DNA of 28,717 nt from the NCBI GenBank assembly GCA_023132995.1, contig JAGLXI010000243.1, forward strand, positions 1-28,717, read 5' to 3'. Shown one piece after another: positions 8,640-18,211 of this stretch (positions within the stretch are counted from its first letter, which is position 1; every line of letters starts with the position of its first letter). Below the pieces are notes generated by a model, which was not told the DNA's origin, did not search any database, and saw nothing but the letters and a program-made list of their open reading frames with translations. The stretch is from Candidatus Zixiibacteriota bacterium (GTDB taxonomy: Bacteria > Zixibacteria > MSB-5A5 > GN15 > FEB-12). The position numbers were made by a program, and so were the translations under genes.

Positions 8640-8991
8640 GCCTGATTTCTACTGTGAACGCCCGGCCTGTGACTGCGAACGTGGACCCTGCGAAAGTCAT
8701 AGTAACTGAGGTTTGACATTGACGAGAGTATCCTGAAGGCGCATATTCCTCCGAGCACAGGAACGGCGACGTTGTACAGCGTGGAGGCGCTACCGGCGGC
8801 CTGTCGCAGGCGCTGCATCGGGCCATAGTCAAAGCTGACGAAAACCTGGACCGGGCATCGCCGCGAAACATAGCTATCGCGGATTCGTAAACTTATAGTG
8901 AAGCAGGACCAATCAACGACGCACATACAACTGAGGTTGACCACCCCTGTACCGGGGGTACATCATGTCCCCGGAGATTGGAGGTAGTGCC

Positions 8992-9972
8992 ATGAACGTC
9001 AAGAACCTCTCCCGGATCGTGACGCTGTCGGCGGTTCTGGCCGTGTCTTCCCTGTCGGCCGGAAACTCCGACGAAACTAGGGAACACGAAACGCGCCCCC
9101 CTGACACCAGCATCGCCCGTGTGCTGGAATGCAGCGCGCCGATTGGAATCAATCGCTCCGACGACCCCGCTGTCCATACTGGAACGCGCCTGACACAGCA
9201 GGACACGCTCTACGTCCCCGCCGAAGCGCAGGTGACATTGCTTTTTCACGATGGCCGGGTGGTGCAGTTCGAGGGGCCAACGACGATAGGCCTGCAGTCC
9301 GGGTCAACCGGCAACAGCAAGGGACTTCTGACCAAGCTGGCCGGATCGTTGAGAGAATTGCTCTTTTCCAGTGCTAATGCCGGCCAGGATGTTCAATTGG
9401 GAGTGCGCGACGTCGGCCTGACCTCCCAGGAGAGCCTCACGGTGCCCCGCCTGATCCTGCCTATACCCAATACCAGTCTGAAAGAGGCACCAGGGCAATT
9501 GAGGTGGCAGCCGGTGGAGGGAGTTTTCCTGTACTCCGTGTCCCTTTTTGACAGCAACCAGCTCCTGTGGCAGGGGACAACCAGGAATAACTTCGTCGAT
9601 ATTGCAACGACCGACCTGAACCTGGCGCCGGGCGCTGAGTACACCTGGACCGTGGAGGCTGTTGTCGGCAATTCTTCGCTGCGTTCGCAGCCGGCGACGT
9701 TCTCTATTCTCAGTCAGAGACTCGTAGCGCAACTGAACAATGTCCTGGCTGATATTGACAACATGTCTCTGGATGGAAAATTGGCCGCCCGGTTGAAGCT
9801 GATCGCGCTGAGTGATTTCAACCTGAAGGATGCCTGCTTTGCGCAGGTGCAGGAGATCAGCAGGAGCGATCCCGGCGACTATGCGGCGCGCATGATGAAG
9901 GCGAAATTGCTTGAAGACATGGGCCTGTATGACCGGGCCGCTGAGATATACAAGGCCCTGCTGTTCAAATGA
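8992..9972 (+). CDS. Secreted FecR-like / FN3-like / TPR-like protein, probable partner of the CHASE2 protein
   Basis: Start at ATG 8992 (GGAGGT RBS), signal peptide. N-terminal 'G.RLTQQDTL.VPAEAQVTLLFHDG' is FecR-like. 'LRWQPVEG...Y.V.L...LAPGAEYTWTVEA' is FN3/DUF928-like. C-terminal TPR-like helices. ATGA overlap with the next gene. Confidence 0.7.
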   Translation: MNVKNLSRIVTLSAVLAVSSLSAGNSDETREHETRPPDTSIARVLECSAPIGINRSDDPAVHTGTRLTQQDTLYVPAEAQVTLLFHDGRVVQFEGPTTIGLQSGSTGNSKGLLTKLAGSLRELLFSSANAGQDVQLGVRDVGLTSQESLTVPRLILPIPNTSLKEAPGQLRWQPVEGVFLYSVSLFDSNQLLWQGTTRNNFVDIATTDLNLAPGAEYTWTVEAVVGNSSLRSQPATFSILSQRLVAQLNNVLADIDNMSLDGKLAARLKLIALSDFNLKDACFAQVQEISRSDPGDYAARMMKAKLLEDMGLYDRAAEIYKALLFK

Positions 9973-11903
9973 GTCGGCCAGGTAGTCGGTCACGGTTCTT
10001 GCTCCGTTTCCTGTCGGGTGCCCTCGCCGGGCGGCTGACCGTGGCCCTGCTGTCGTTGTTCGTTTTCGCCCTGGCTCTGAAATACCAGTGGCTTTCCAAC
10101 GTCGATCTGAAGGTCTACGACCTCGGAACGAGGATGAAATCGACAGCGGCCTACTCCGATGTAGCGCTGATTGCGATCGACCACCATTCACTTCAGACCT
10201 GTTTCCCCCGCCCGGCCCTACCGGTCACGAGGCATCTGGCTCAGCACTCGCGACTAATTCAGCGGCTCGATTCCGCCGGTGTAGCCCTGATCGTCCTGGA
10301 CCTGTTATTCGACCAGGCAGACACGGTCGACACCGACAACCTGCGCAGTTTTGCGGACGCTCTCGCGCGCAGCGGGAAAGTCGTCCTGGCCTGCGCTCTT
10401 GAGAGTCACGCTTTAAGCGACACACGGGGCGGCCGGGTCGCCACGCAAACACGGCTGGCTCATCCTCCTGAGGAACTCCGCGAGGCCGCCGTCATCGGAC
10501 TGGTGAACGTGCCGCTCGATCAGGATGGCGTGATCCGACGCTGTTATTTCGGCAGGGTCTTTCAGCGGGACTACCTGCCGTCTCTGTCATCCGTCGTCGC
10601 GGCCTTGTACACGGGCGGCAAGCCGCCGGTGCGAGCGGACCGCTCGGATTTCTACATCGACTACTCGCTGGCCGGCGCGGCAGAGAGAATCCCTTACGAA
10701 CAGATACTCGACGGCGACAACTGGCAGGAGTCCGTCAAGGGGAAAATCGCCATCGTGGGTATGACCGGCAATGGACCCACCGACACCCACCTGACGCCCC
10801 TGTCCCAAGGCGGGGAGGCGGGGTTCTTCAAAATCAGCGGTGTCGAGATCCAGACGCTGGCGGCGCAAACGCTGTTGATGGGAACCAGCCCGAGGCCGAT
10901 GGGCCGGGCTGTGGCTTTCCTGTTGGGAGCTGCCATAATGGTTGTCCTGGGACTGGGTGTGCGAGGACTGAACGCTGTCCTCGGGATGGTCGTGACGGCG
11001 GCCGCCCTCATTCTGCTGGTCGTTGCGGGCTTGCTTGCGGTGGCCGGGTCATCGATGATAATACCCGTGGGGGCCTATGCCGTGGGTATCGTGGGGACGG
11101 GGCTTTTGGCCCTCTCGTCGCGTACCGCCTTTCTGAGGAATCTGGCCGGACGCACTCAGCAGCTCCTATCGGACATCACGAAGGACATGACCGAGGCCGG
11201 CACCATACAGCGGAAATTACAGCCGAAAGAACTGCCGCAGAGCGACAGATTTGATCTCGGGGCAGTGCAGATCACCTGCCGGGAAGTGGGTGGGGACTAC
11301 TACGACGTAGTCGACCTGGGCAATCACAAGTTAGGCTTGCTCGTGGCCGACGTTGCCGGGAAGGGCGTACCCGGCTCACTGATCATGGCCAACATACAGG
11401 GCACGTTCCGGCACCTGGTGGGCAAGTCCGCGTCCCCCGCCGAAATCCTCGCCGAACTCAACAAGACCTCGGTAGGCTCCACCAGCCCGGAGCACAAGTT
11501 TGTCACGCTGTTCTACGGTGTTTTGGATTACGATTCGCGCCAGCTGCAGTACTGCAACGCCGGTCACTGCTATCCAATAGTCTGCTCGGCAGCGGGGAAG
11601 ACGGAGATGCTCAAGGAGAGTGGAGTGCCGCTGGGGCTGTTTGACGGCATGTCATGGCCGACCGGTCATGTTCCACTGCACGAGGGGGATGTGATCTGCA
11701 TTTACAGCGACGGAATCTCCGAGGCGGGAGGCGATGACCCGGAGAAGCAGTTCGGCGAAGATCGAATCGCAGCCTGTGTCAGCAAAAACTGCAACCGTCC
11801 CGCCGCCGAGATAAAGGACTGTTTGCTTGAGACGTGTCAGGAATTCGTAGAGGGAGCTTCTTTTAACGACGACTGGACGCTGGTTGTCGTCAAGCTCGCC
11901 TGA
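9969..11903 (+). CDS. CHASE2-domain sensor fused to a PP2C/SpoIIE (RsbU-like) phosphatase
   Basis: N-terminal TM helix. CHASE2 motifs 'VALIAID', 'LIVLDLLF', 'DQDGVIRR', 'GKIAIVG', 'SGVEIQ'. Three TM helices follow. PPM motifs GGDYYD, VADVAGKG, YSDGISE and DDWT are intact. Confidence 0.9.
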   Translation: MSRPGSRSRFLLRFLSGALAGRLTVALLSLFVFALALKYQWLSNVDLKVYDLGTRMKSTAAYSDVALIAIDHHSLQTCFPRPALPVTRHLAQHSRLIQRLDSAGVALIVLDLLFDQADTVDTDNLRSFADALARSGKVVLACALESHALSDTRGGRVATQTRLAHPPEELREAAVIGLVNVPLDQDGVIRRCYFGRVFQRDYLPSLSSVVAALYTGGKPPVRADRSDFYIDYSLAGAAERIPYEQILDGDNWQESVKGKIAIVGMTGNGPTDTHLTPLSQGGEAGFFKISGVEIQTLAAQTLLMGTSPRPMGRAVAFLLGAAIMVVLGLGVRGLNAVLGMVVTAAALILLVVAGLLAVAGSSMIIPVGAYAVGIVGTGLLALSSRTAFLRNLAGRTQQLLSDITKDMTEAGTIQRKLQPKELPQSDRFDLGAVQITCREVGGDYYDVVDLGNHKLGLLVADVAGKGVPGSLIMANIQGTFRHLVGKSASPAEILAELNKTSVGSTSPEHKFVTLFYGVLDYDSRQLQYCNAGHCYPIVCSAAGKTEMLKESGVPLGLFDGMSWPTGHVPLHEGDVICIYSDGISEAGGDDPEKQFGEDRIAACVSKNCNRPAAEIKDCLLETCQEFVEGASFNDDWTLVVVKLA

Positions 11904-11925
11904 GTTGCACAAACCCCGACGTTTT

Positions 11926-12119
11926 GGCCCACAAGACTGTCCGTGGGGCCGTCTCAAACTTGTTTGGCACGGACTACAGTCGCCGTATCCAGGTGAGTTG
12001 CCCATAGGAACCCACCTGCCGCTTCGCTCTCGGTGGGGTACCGGCGTGGCCCGGACATCTGTCCGGGTCTCAATGCAACAGTACATCAAGTGAGAAACCC
12101 GGACGAACGTCCGGGCCAC
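11926..12119. repeat. Mosaic cluster of REP-like palindromes between convergent genes
   Basis: CCCACAAGACTGTCCGTGGG; GTGGGGCCGTCTCAAACTTGTTTGGCACGG (11943-11972); CAGGTG...CACCTG hairpin (11990-12018); inverted doublet GTGG-CCCGGAC-N4-GTCCGGG (12046-12067 plus, 12098-12119 minus). Confidence 0.75.
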
Positions 12120-12215
12120 CCAGCCATAATATACAAATCCATGCGTTATCTTGAATCGGAATTGTCACTTTGTCAAAGGGAAAACCCGTTACGCTCAAGG
12201 GAAAAGGACGTTGTG

Positions 12216-12449
12216 TCAGCCTGAGATTTCGTAATCGTAGGCACTCCCCTGAATTCTGCATTTTCCTCTCCATCTGCCGTTGTTGAACGTGGCAGAGCAA
12301 GATACCTTAACACTGGATTTCCCATATGTCTTTCGCAATGCTTTGCGAGTAGCCTGCGTGATACGCTTTTCACTCAGGTACTTGAATGGCTTGTTTCTTC
12401 CGAGTCCCGGCAAAACCGTAGAAAAACCGTTTGTAACGCAAAGTTTCAT
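12216..12449 (-). CDS. Small basic hypothetical protein (77 aa)
   Basis: MKLCVTNGF...YDYEISG. ATG 12449 is preceded by GGAAGAGGG, 43 nt after the upstream gene. K/R-rich. No family recognised. Confidence 0.55.
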   Translation of the reverse strand: MKLCVTNGFSTVLPGLGRNKPFKYLSEKRITQATRKALRKTYGKSSVKVSCSATFNNGRWRGKCRIQGSAYDYEISG

Positions 12450-12492
12450 TTTGCGGACCCTCTTCCTATCGTTGACAAAACACACTCTTCTT

Positions 12493-13218
12493 TCAGAATC
12501 GATGGAAAGCCCCTGTTTGGAGTTCTGGATTTACCTTGGCAATTCTCTCCAGGAGTTGTTCGACACGCCCTATGTGCTGGTTGTACTTCTCTTTCATCAT
12601 TCGTCGCTGGTCATCATAGGCTCTAACTGAGCCATCTTCAGGCATCTTCATGATTGCCAGTTCACGGACGACATCCGCAGTATCACGATATAACCTTACG
12701 ATGTGTCTGACTATGTCCGTAAATGGCGCATTACTAATCAGGCCCGGATTTGCAAAGGTCAGCAAAGACCAATGCCAATCCTCAAGGAGATGGAGACGTT
12801 CTGCTAACCGTTTGAGTTGCGGGTGTACGGATTGATCTTGAACAACAGAGTTACAGATTGAGTCGACGTAGGCTCGGAGGGAGTTGGACGCATTCGGCTC
12901 AAACAGCATACGGGCTTCTTGGAGGAGTCCGGCGAGTTCGAGAAGAGTCCGACGTTGCTGTCGTCTTCTACCAATGGACGCAATCCATCCCCTAAAGAGG
13001 TGCGATGCAGGGATTATACTGAGCACGAGAGTTACCATGAATGCTATCCCGATGAAGCCGAGAATCGGATAACGTGCCCACAGCGGTATGGATTCCCAGT
13101 CGGTGAATAGCGAAATCGAAAATCCCACGACCCCGCCGATCAACATAAGAATTAGCTGACTGCGCGCCACTGGGGAAAGTCGCGGCCGTTCTTCGTTTAG
13201 TTGTTTCTCCCATTCCAT
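12493..13218 (-). CDS. Hypothetical membrane protein, two N-terminal TM helices + helical soluble domain
   Basis: 241-aa ORF with two hydrophobic segments (about residues 21-39 and 46-72) followed by RRRQQRR. Lower GC than flanks. No family recognised. Confidence 0.8.
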   Translation of the reverse strand: MEWEKQLNEERPRLSPVARSQLILMLIGGVVGFSISLFTDWESIPLWARYPILGFIGIAFMVTLVLSIIPASHLFRGWIASIGRRRQQRRTLLELAGLLQEARMLFEPNASNSLRAYVDSICNSVVQDQSVHPQLKRLAERLHLLEDWHWSLLTFANPGLISNAPFTDIVRHIVRLYRDTADVVRELAIMKMPEDGSVRAYDDQRRMMKEKYNQHIGRVEQLLERIAKVNPELQTGAFHRF

Positions 13219-13401
13219 CGATACTTCTCGAGCCTCATTAATGAGTTCTTGCCAACTTACACTAGATCATGGCTTGCGGTTCTACGCCTCGGGCCATGTG
13301 CCAGCATCGCTATACCAATCACAGTTTAGACAACACCCTAACCAGTCGCAATCACTTTTCGGCCATACTACATTGGCAGTGGTTTATCCGGGATTTACCT
13401 G

Positions 13402-16400
13402 CTAACTCGTCAGCTTGGCAAGCCGTGCGCGAGTGTCGGTGATAATGTCAATCTCGATCTCGGGCTCGCCCCAGTATTTGAGGACTTCCCGGTATTTGGC
13501 GGTTGCCTGCGGGATATTGCCTAGGCCTTCTTCAGCCATGCCTATATAATAGACAGCGCGCAGATAGTAGCGGGCCGAGCTTGTCTGGCGCGGTCCAGAG
13601 GTCAACTCCTGAAGGAATTCCCTGCCCCTTGCGTATTGGCCGGTCAGCACCAGAAGCTCACCCAGGTCCAGAACGCTGCTTGTGTTCCGTTGATTGGGCA
13701 TCGCAATCATTCTCTCACTGGCTGCGATCATGGCGCTGGTATCAGCCCGGCAAAGCGCGTCGAACACCTCCTCGATGACGTCGCCGATTTCCCAGAATTC
13801 AGAGGGCACTCTCGACTTGAATTCGGCCAGCGCCTCGCCAAACAACTCGCGGGCTCTGGGTGCATTGTCGGGATTCAATTTCACGAGGAGAAACGGGTAG
13901 GAGAGCGTCTGGAACCTCGAAGCCCACCGCGATGACTCGTCCGCGAAGATGGCTGCGCTGTCCAGCATGTCCAGGTCGATAAGAGAGTTCGCCAGTCTTT
14001 GGCACTGGCTCGATACCTGGGCGCTGTCGCCAGTTAGTCGTGCCTGCTCAAGACCCTCTATCTGGTAACCCAAAGCTGCATTGAACTTGCCCTGCCAGTT
14101 GGCAAGATTGGTTATCGTGGAAAAATAGGTCCTCATGAGGAACGGATCGTCCGCGTGATTCTCCTTGATCCTCTCGGCGGAGCCTTCGGCCTCCTCGAAG
14201 TTGCGCTGTAGTATGTGAACCCTCGTCAGCAGGACCAGCGCGGAGCTATTCCCGGGATCAATCCTGAGGAGTTCCTCACATTCATCGGCCGCCTCAGCGT
14301 ACTTTCCCAACCGCTGGTAGAGTGAGGCCAGGGTCTCGTACGAGGTTGGTGACGCGGGGTGGTACCTCTTGATCAGTGCGGCATGCTCGATAGCCTTTTC
14401 GTACTCTTCCTCTTCCCGGAAATGATTTGCCAGCAAGTCGTGCGCCATCAGGGATTTCGGATCGAGCATCAGCACCGTATCAAGCTGAGCCAGGGAGCCG
14501 GGCTTATCGTCTACAATCTGGCTGAGAAACAGGGAATAGAACGTCCTGGCTTCTTTGTCGTCGGGATAGTTGCCCACAAACGTTCGCAGCTTGACAAAGG
14601 CATCGTCGAGTTTCGTATTGAGCCAGGTGTCAGCGTAGATGTCCAGCATGTTCTTCTCTCGCAGCGGCAGCCTGTCCTCAAAACGTTTTGCTGCCGCGAA
14701 GTATGATGCCCCCAACTGCTGATGTCCCTGAAAGATGTGGGCCATACCGATTCTCATGTAGGGGAGAGCGAAGGTTGAGTCGATAGCAATGGCCTTCTCG
14801 AATTGGTCTATGGCATCACCCCAATGACGACCGTCGAACTTTTCGAGTCCCACAACGTAGTGCCGGTAGGCCTCCGGTGACGATGAAGTGATATCGGCCA
14901 CCTGCCGATTCTCCGCCAACAGCTCTTTGACGTTCAGTGATTGAGCGATCTTCTGCGTGAGACTGTCCACCAGTATGAACGGATCGGCCCCGACCACTTT
15001 CTCAGCAAGAATGATCTGGCCGGACGCGACGTCTTCGAGCCGGGCGTCGATCCTGATCCTGTCTCCCAGCTTATAGTAAGCGCCGGCCAATACGGTCGTT
15101 GCGCCCAGCTTCCTGGCGGCAGCTACCCACTCCCCGTGAGTGAGAGTCCCAGCGGCGCTGTCGACCACTTCGTTGAGGCAGTCAAGCATGCGGCTGCGGC
15201 TTATCAGGTTCACCGCGCCGCTCTGGGCCAGATCGGTCAGAAGAATCTCGGGGAGTCCGGCGCTGAGCCAGTCAAGGGCGGCGTCCCCGGTTTTGTTCTG
15301 AAAGCCCAGGATGGCCAGTCCATTCACCGCCCTGGAAAAGCCGGGAATCTCGAAGTACTTATCCCCGACATCTATGCCCTGCTCGGCCAGAGTCCGGGTG
15401 ATCCGTTCGCCAAGGTTCTCGACGAATGCCAGCGGGTCATCCTCCGCCGTTTTTTCCCTGGTTCCACTGAAAAAGGCTACCGTCGCAATTAAGATCAGGA
15501 GCACGGCAACGGCGCCGATGAGCCTGGGCGCAGTTATAGTGAACCGGCGGCGTCTTTTCCCAGCCAGGAGAATCTCACTGCTGACCGAGCTTGTCTCCGA
15601 TATCCCGCTATCATACTGGCGACGCAGACTGCGCAGATCGACGACCAGGTCGCGCGTGTCCTGGTAACGGTCATTGGGGTCTTTGTGCAGGCACTTGTCG
15701 ACGATTCTCTCCAACTCCGCCGGCGCCGTTTCATTCCTCTGCCTGAGAGGAACATGCCGGCCCTCGAGTATCTTGGCCAAGGTAGAGACCCGGTCGGGTC
15801 CGTCAAACGCTGGTTGTCCGGCAAACATTCTGTACAGAAGGATACCGAACGAGAAGCAGTCGGACCTGGCATCAACCGCCTCACCGCGCGCCTGTTCCGG
15901 TGACATGTAGGACACAGTGCCCAGAATCTTGCCCTCCTGGGTCAATTCCCCGGACATGGTGTTAGTGCCGCCATCTCCCCCAAACAGTCCGGCGTCCACC
16001 GGCTTTGCCAGACCAAAATCGAGAATTCTGGGTTCGCCCTGCTCGTCAATCATGATGTTGTCGCTCTTGATATCGCGATGCACGATGCCCAGCTTGTGCG
16101 CGGCGGCGAGTCCGGCAGCTATCTTCTCCGCAATGCGCAGCAGCTCGGTCATGTCCGGACTACGGGTCGCCAGATGGTCGGTCAGTGACTGGCCACTGAT
16201 GTGTTCCATGACAATGTAGGTTAAATCCCGACCGGATTCCTTATGATGCGCCGAATCCATGTCATAGATGGCCATGACATTGGGATGAGATATTTTCGCG
16301 GCCGTTTTGGCTTCCCGGCTGAAGCGGCTCATGCGGTCGGCGTCGTCGACAAACTCCTCCTGGAGGATTTTCAGAGCGACATTCCGGTTGAGCTTTCGAT

Positions 16401-16491
16401 CTTCCGCGAGGTAGACTTCGCCCATGCCGCCCTCGCCGAGCTTGCGCACGATCCTGAAGTGTGCTATGTCCTGACCTGCCTGAAACATCAT
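13402..16491 (-). CDS. Membrane Hanks-type Ser/Thr protein kinase with extracytoplasmic TolB-N/FlgO-like domain and TPR array
   Basis: LGEGGMGEVY, VALKIL, HRDIKSDN, DFGLAK and GTVSYMSPEQ. One TM helix after KRRRR. 'LAILGFQNKTGD..LDWLSAGLPE.L.TDL' domain followed by multiple TPR-like repeats. Confidence 0.95.
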   Translation of the reverse strand: MMFQAGQDIAHFRIVRKLGEGGMGEVYLAEDRKLNRNVALKILQEEFVDDADRMSRFSREAKTAAKISHPNVMAIYDMDSAHHKESGRDLTYIVMEHISGQSLTDHLATRSPDMTELLRIAEKIAAGLAAAHKLGIVHRDIKSDNIMIDEQGEPRILDFGLAKPVDAGLFGGDGGTNTMSGELTQEGKILGTVSYMSPEQARGEAVDARSDCFSFGILLYRMFAGQPAFDGPDRVSTLAKILEGRHVPLRQRNETAPAELERIVDKCLHKDPNDRYQDTRDLVVDLRSLRRQYDSGISETSSVSSEILLAGKRRRRFTITAPRLIGAVAVLLILIATVAFFSGTREKTAEDDPLAFVENLGERITRTLAEQGIDVGDKYFEIPGFSRAVNGLAILGFQNKTGDAALDWLSAGLPEILLTDLAQSGAVNLISRSRMLDCLNEVVDSAAGTLTHGEWVAAARKLGATTVLAGAYYKLGDRIRIDARLEDVASGQIILAEKVVGADPFILVDSLTQKIAQSLNVKELLAENRQVADITSSSPEAYRHYVVGLEKFDGRHWGDAIDQFEKAIAIDSTFALPYMRIGMAHIFQGHQQLGASYFAAAKRFEDRLPLREKNMLDIYADTWLNTKLDDAFVKLRTFVGNYPDDKEARTFYSLFLSQIVDDKPGSLAQLDTVLMLDPKSLMAHDLLANHFREEEEYEKAIEHAALIKRYHPASPTSYETLASLYQRLGKYAEAADECEELLRIDPGNSSALVLLTRVHILQRNFEEAEGSAERIKENHADDPFLMRTYFSTITNLANWQGKFNAALGYQIEGLEQARLTGDSAQVSSQCQRLANSLIDLDMLDSAAIFADESSRWASRFQTLSYPFLLVKLNPDNAPRARELFGEALAEFKSRVPSEFWEIGDVIEEVFDALCRADTSAMIAASERMIAMPNQRNTSSVLDLGELLVLTGQYARGREFLQELTSGPRQTSSARYYLRAVYYIGMAEEGLGNIPQATAKYREVLKYWGEPEIEIDIITDTRARLAKLTS

Positions 16492-18182
16492 GTGGCAATC
16501 CTCTTGAGCATCAACATTGTGATATCATCCGAGCGGGGAGCGTCTCCCATGAAGCCGTTAATGTCGTCCATGAGGTGGCCGACTATTCCCTCCGGCGACT
16601 CCCCCCTCGTGGCCAACAGTAGTTTTTCCAGTCTCTGCTCGCCATACAGATCCTCGCCGCGTTGGGCTTCGGTTACTCCGTCGGAGAAAACCGTCAGCAC
16701 GTCTCCCTCGTGCATTTCAACCGATCCCTCCTGCCAGGTGGCGAAATCAAAAGCCCCGATCATGAGTCCCGAGGCCTCTAGTTGCGTTACGGAGCCGTCG
16801 GCCGTGACCAGCAAGGGGGGATTGTGCCCGGCGTTGATATAGCGGATGGTGTTTCTATTCTGTTCCGCCAGACCGATAAAGAGAGTGGCGAAGTCACCGG
16901 ACACACTATTGCTGAACAACTGAAGCGAAACGCGCTCGACCGCTCTCGTGAGGTCGAACCGCTTGGATTCATACAGAATCCGGAACGATGCCAGTATGTT
17001 GGACATCAGCAAAGCCGCGCCCATGCCTTTGCCCGAAACATCTGCGACCATAAAGAGCAACCGGCCGTCGGGGAGCAGCCTGGTGTCGTAGAGGTCCCCC
17101 CCTACCAACCGCGACTGCTCCTGGAACGGGCACATTTGGTATCCTGGAAGTTCCGGGGGGGAGTCCGGCAGCAGGCTTTTCTGGATCTGCGAAGCCCGAC
17201 TCAACTCGGCGGCGATGATCTGTTTTTCCTGCCGCTCCGACACCAGGGCGTAGCTGAGCAGTTTGGAGGCTATGATATTGCCGAACGTAGCCAGCACTCG
17301 CAGGTGGTGGTCATCATAGGTGTGTGCCGGGTTGGTCGTATCGGCATAGAGGATTCCAAGGACCTTCCCTTCGTCGAACAAAGGAACCGCGATGGCCGAT
17401 TTCAGTTCCGACATGATAATGGACTGCTGCTGGGCAAAGCGGGGATCGTCCTCGGGATCGCAGATCAAAATGGCGTTTTTGTTGCTAATGATCTCGTTGA
17501 CGATGGTACGCGACAAGGTGAAAGCGCCCGGCTCCCGGCCGCCGGGAAGCAATGTAGCGGCAGTGTAGACTTCTTCCTGATTCTCAGATACGAACAGCAC
17601 CGCCAACCGCTGCGCCGAAATGACCTTGGAGATCATACCCAGCGACCGCTCCAACATCACGTGCTTCGGCTCCGGGAGAACCAGCATCTTGGCCATCTCA
17701 AACAGGGTTGCAAGAAGGTCGGGCCGGTCGGTGACCTTGGCCGGAAGTGGTTTGAGCGCCTCGTTGATGGACAGAAAAACCGAGTTCTGGGGCTCGCTTT
17801 CGGCAAGTTTGGTCTGAGTCGTGCTGAGCGGCACACTCTCGGTTTCATCGATAGCCGCCAGCCGAAATTCGGTATGGCCGAACACGATGAGGTCGTCCTG
17901 CTTCACCGTCGTCCGGCCGGATAGTCGCTCGCCGTTAACCAGCGTACCGTTGTGGCTGCCGAGGTCTGTCAGAAAGATCTGCTCAACAGACGACCCCACT
18001 TCCAACTCAGCATGCCTTCTGGATATCGTGCCGTGAGGAATACAGAAATCACATTCCTGCTTACGGCCAATGAGGTACTTCCCTTGCCTGAGTACCCAGG
18101 AATAGAACCGTTTCCCGTCGGTGCCAACCAGCTTCAACATAGAATAAACAGGCCTGCTCTCGTCAAGTTCCAACCTCTGCAT
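16488..18182 (-). CDS. FHA-GAF-PP2C/SpoIIE phosphatase
   Basis: FHA 'IGRKQECD...ISRRHAEL...DLGSHNGTLVNG'. GAF 'SRTIVNE...SAIAVPL..EGKVLGILYAD'. PPM motifs GGDLYD, VADVSGKG, FSDGVTE and DDIT. ATGA overlap with the kinase gene. Confidence 0.92.
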   Translation of the reverse strand: MQRLELDESRPVYSMLKLVGTDGKRFYSWVLRQGKYLIGRKQECDFCIPHGTISRRHAELEVGSSVEQIFLTDLGSHNGTLVNGERLSGRTTVKQDDLIVFGHTEFRLAAIDETESVPLSTTQTKLAESEPQNSVFLSINEALKPLPAKVTDRPDLLATLFEMAKMLVLPEPKHVMLERSLGMISKVISAQRLAVLFVSENQEEVYTAATLLPGGREPGAFTLSRTIVNEIISNKNAILICDPEDDPRFAQQQSIIMSELKSAIAVPLFDEGKVLGILYADTTNPAHTYDDHHLRVLATFGNIIASKLLSYALVSERQEKQIIAAELSRASQIQKSLLPDSPPELPGYQMCPFQEQSRLVGGDLYDTRLLPDGRLLFMVADVSGKGMGAALLMSNILASFRILYESKRFDLTRAVERVSLQLFSNSVSGDFATLFIGLAEQNRNTIRYINAGHNPPLLVTADGSVTQLEASGLMIGAFDFATWQEGSVEMHEGDVLTVFSDGVTEAQRGEDLYGEQRLEKLLLATRGESPEGIVGHLMDDINGFMGDAPRSDDITMLMLKRIAT

Positions 18183-18211
18183 GTGCGGATGTTTGGTGCA
18201 CGATCAGGCGC

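Noticed and set aside
8573-8944. ORFs 8573-8944 and 8602-8871 in the mscS/FecR-like intergenic region
   Set aside because: No RBS, no recognisable domain and unusual composition. A plus-strand open stretch at about 8725-8890 has no start codon. Treated as non-coding.
16782-17924. 380-aa plus-strand ORF (and similar long ORFs inside secA and GH57)
   Set aside because: Antisense shadows of well-supported genes, expected in GC-rich coding DNA.
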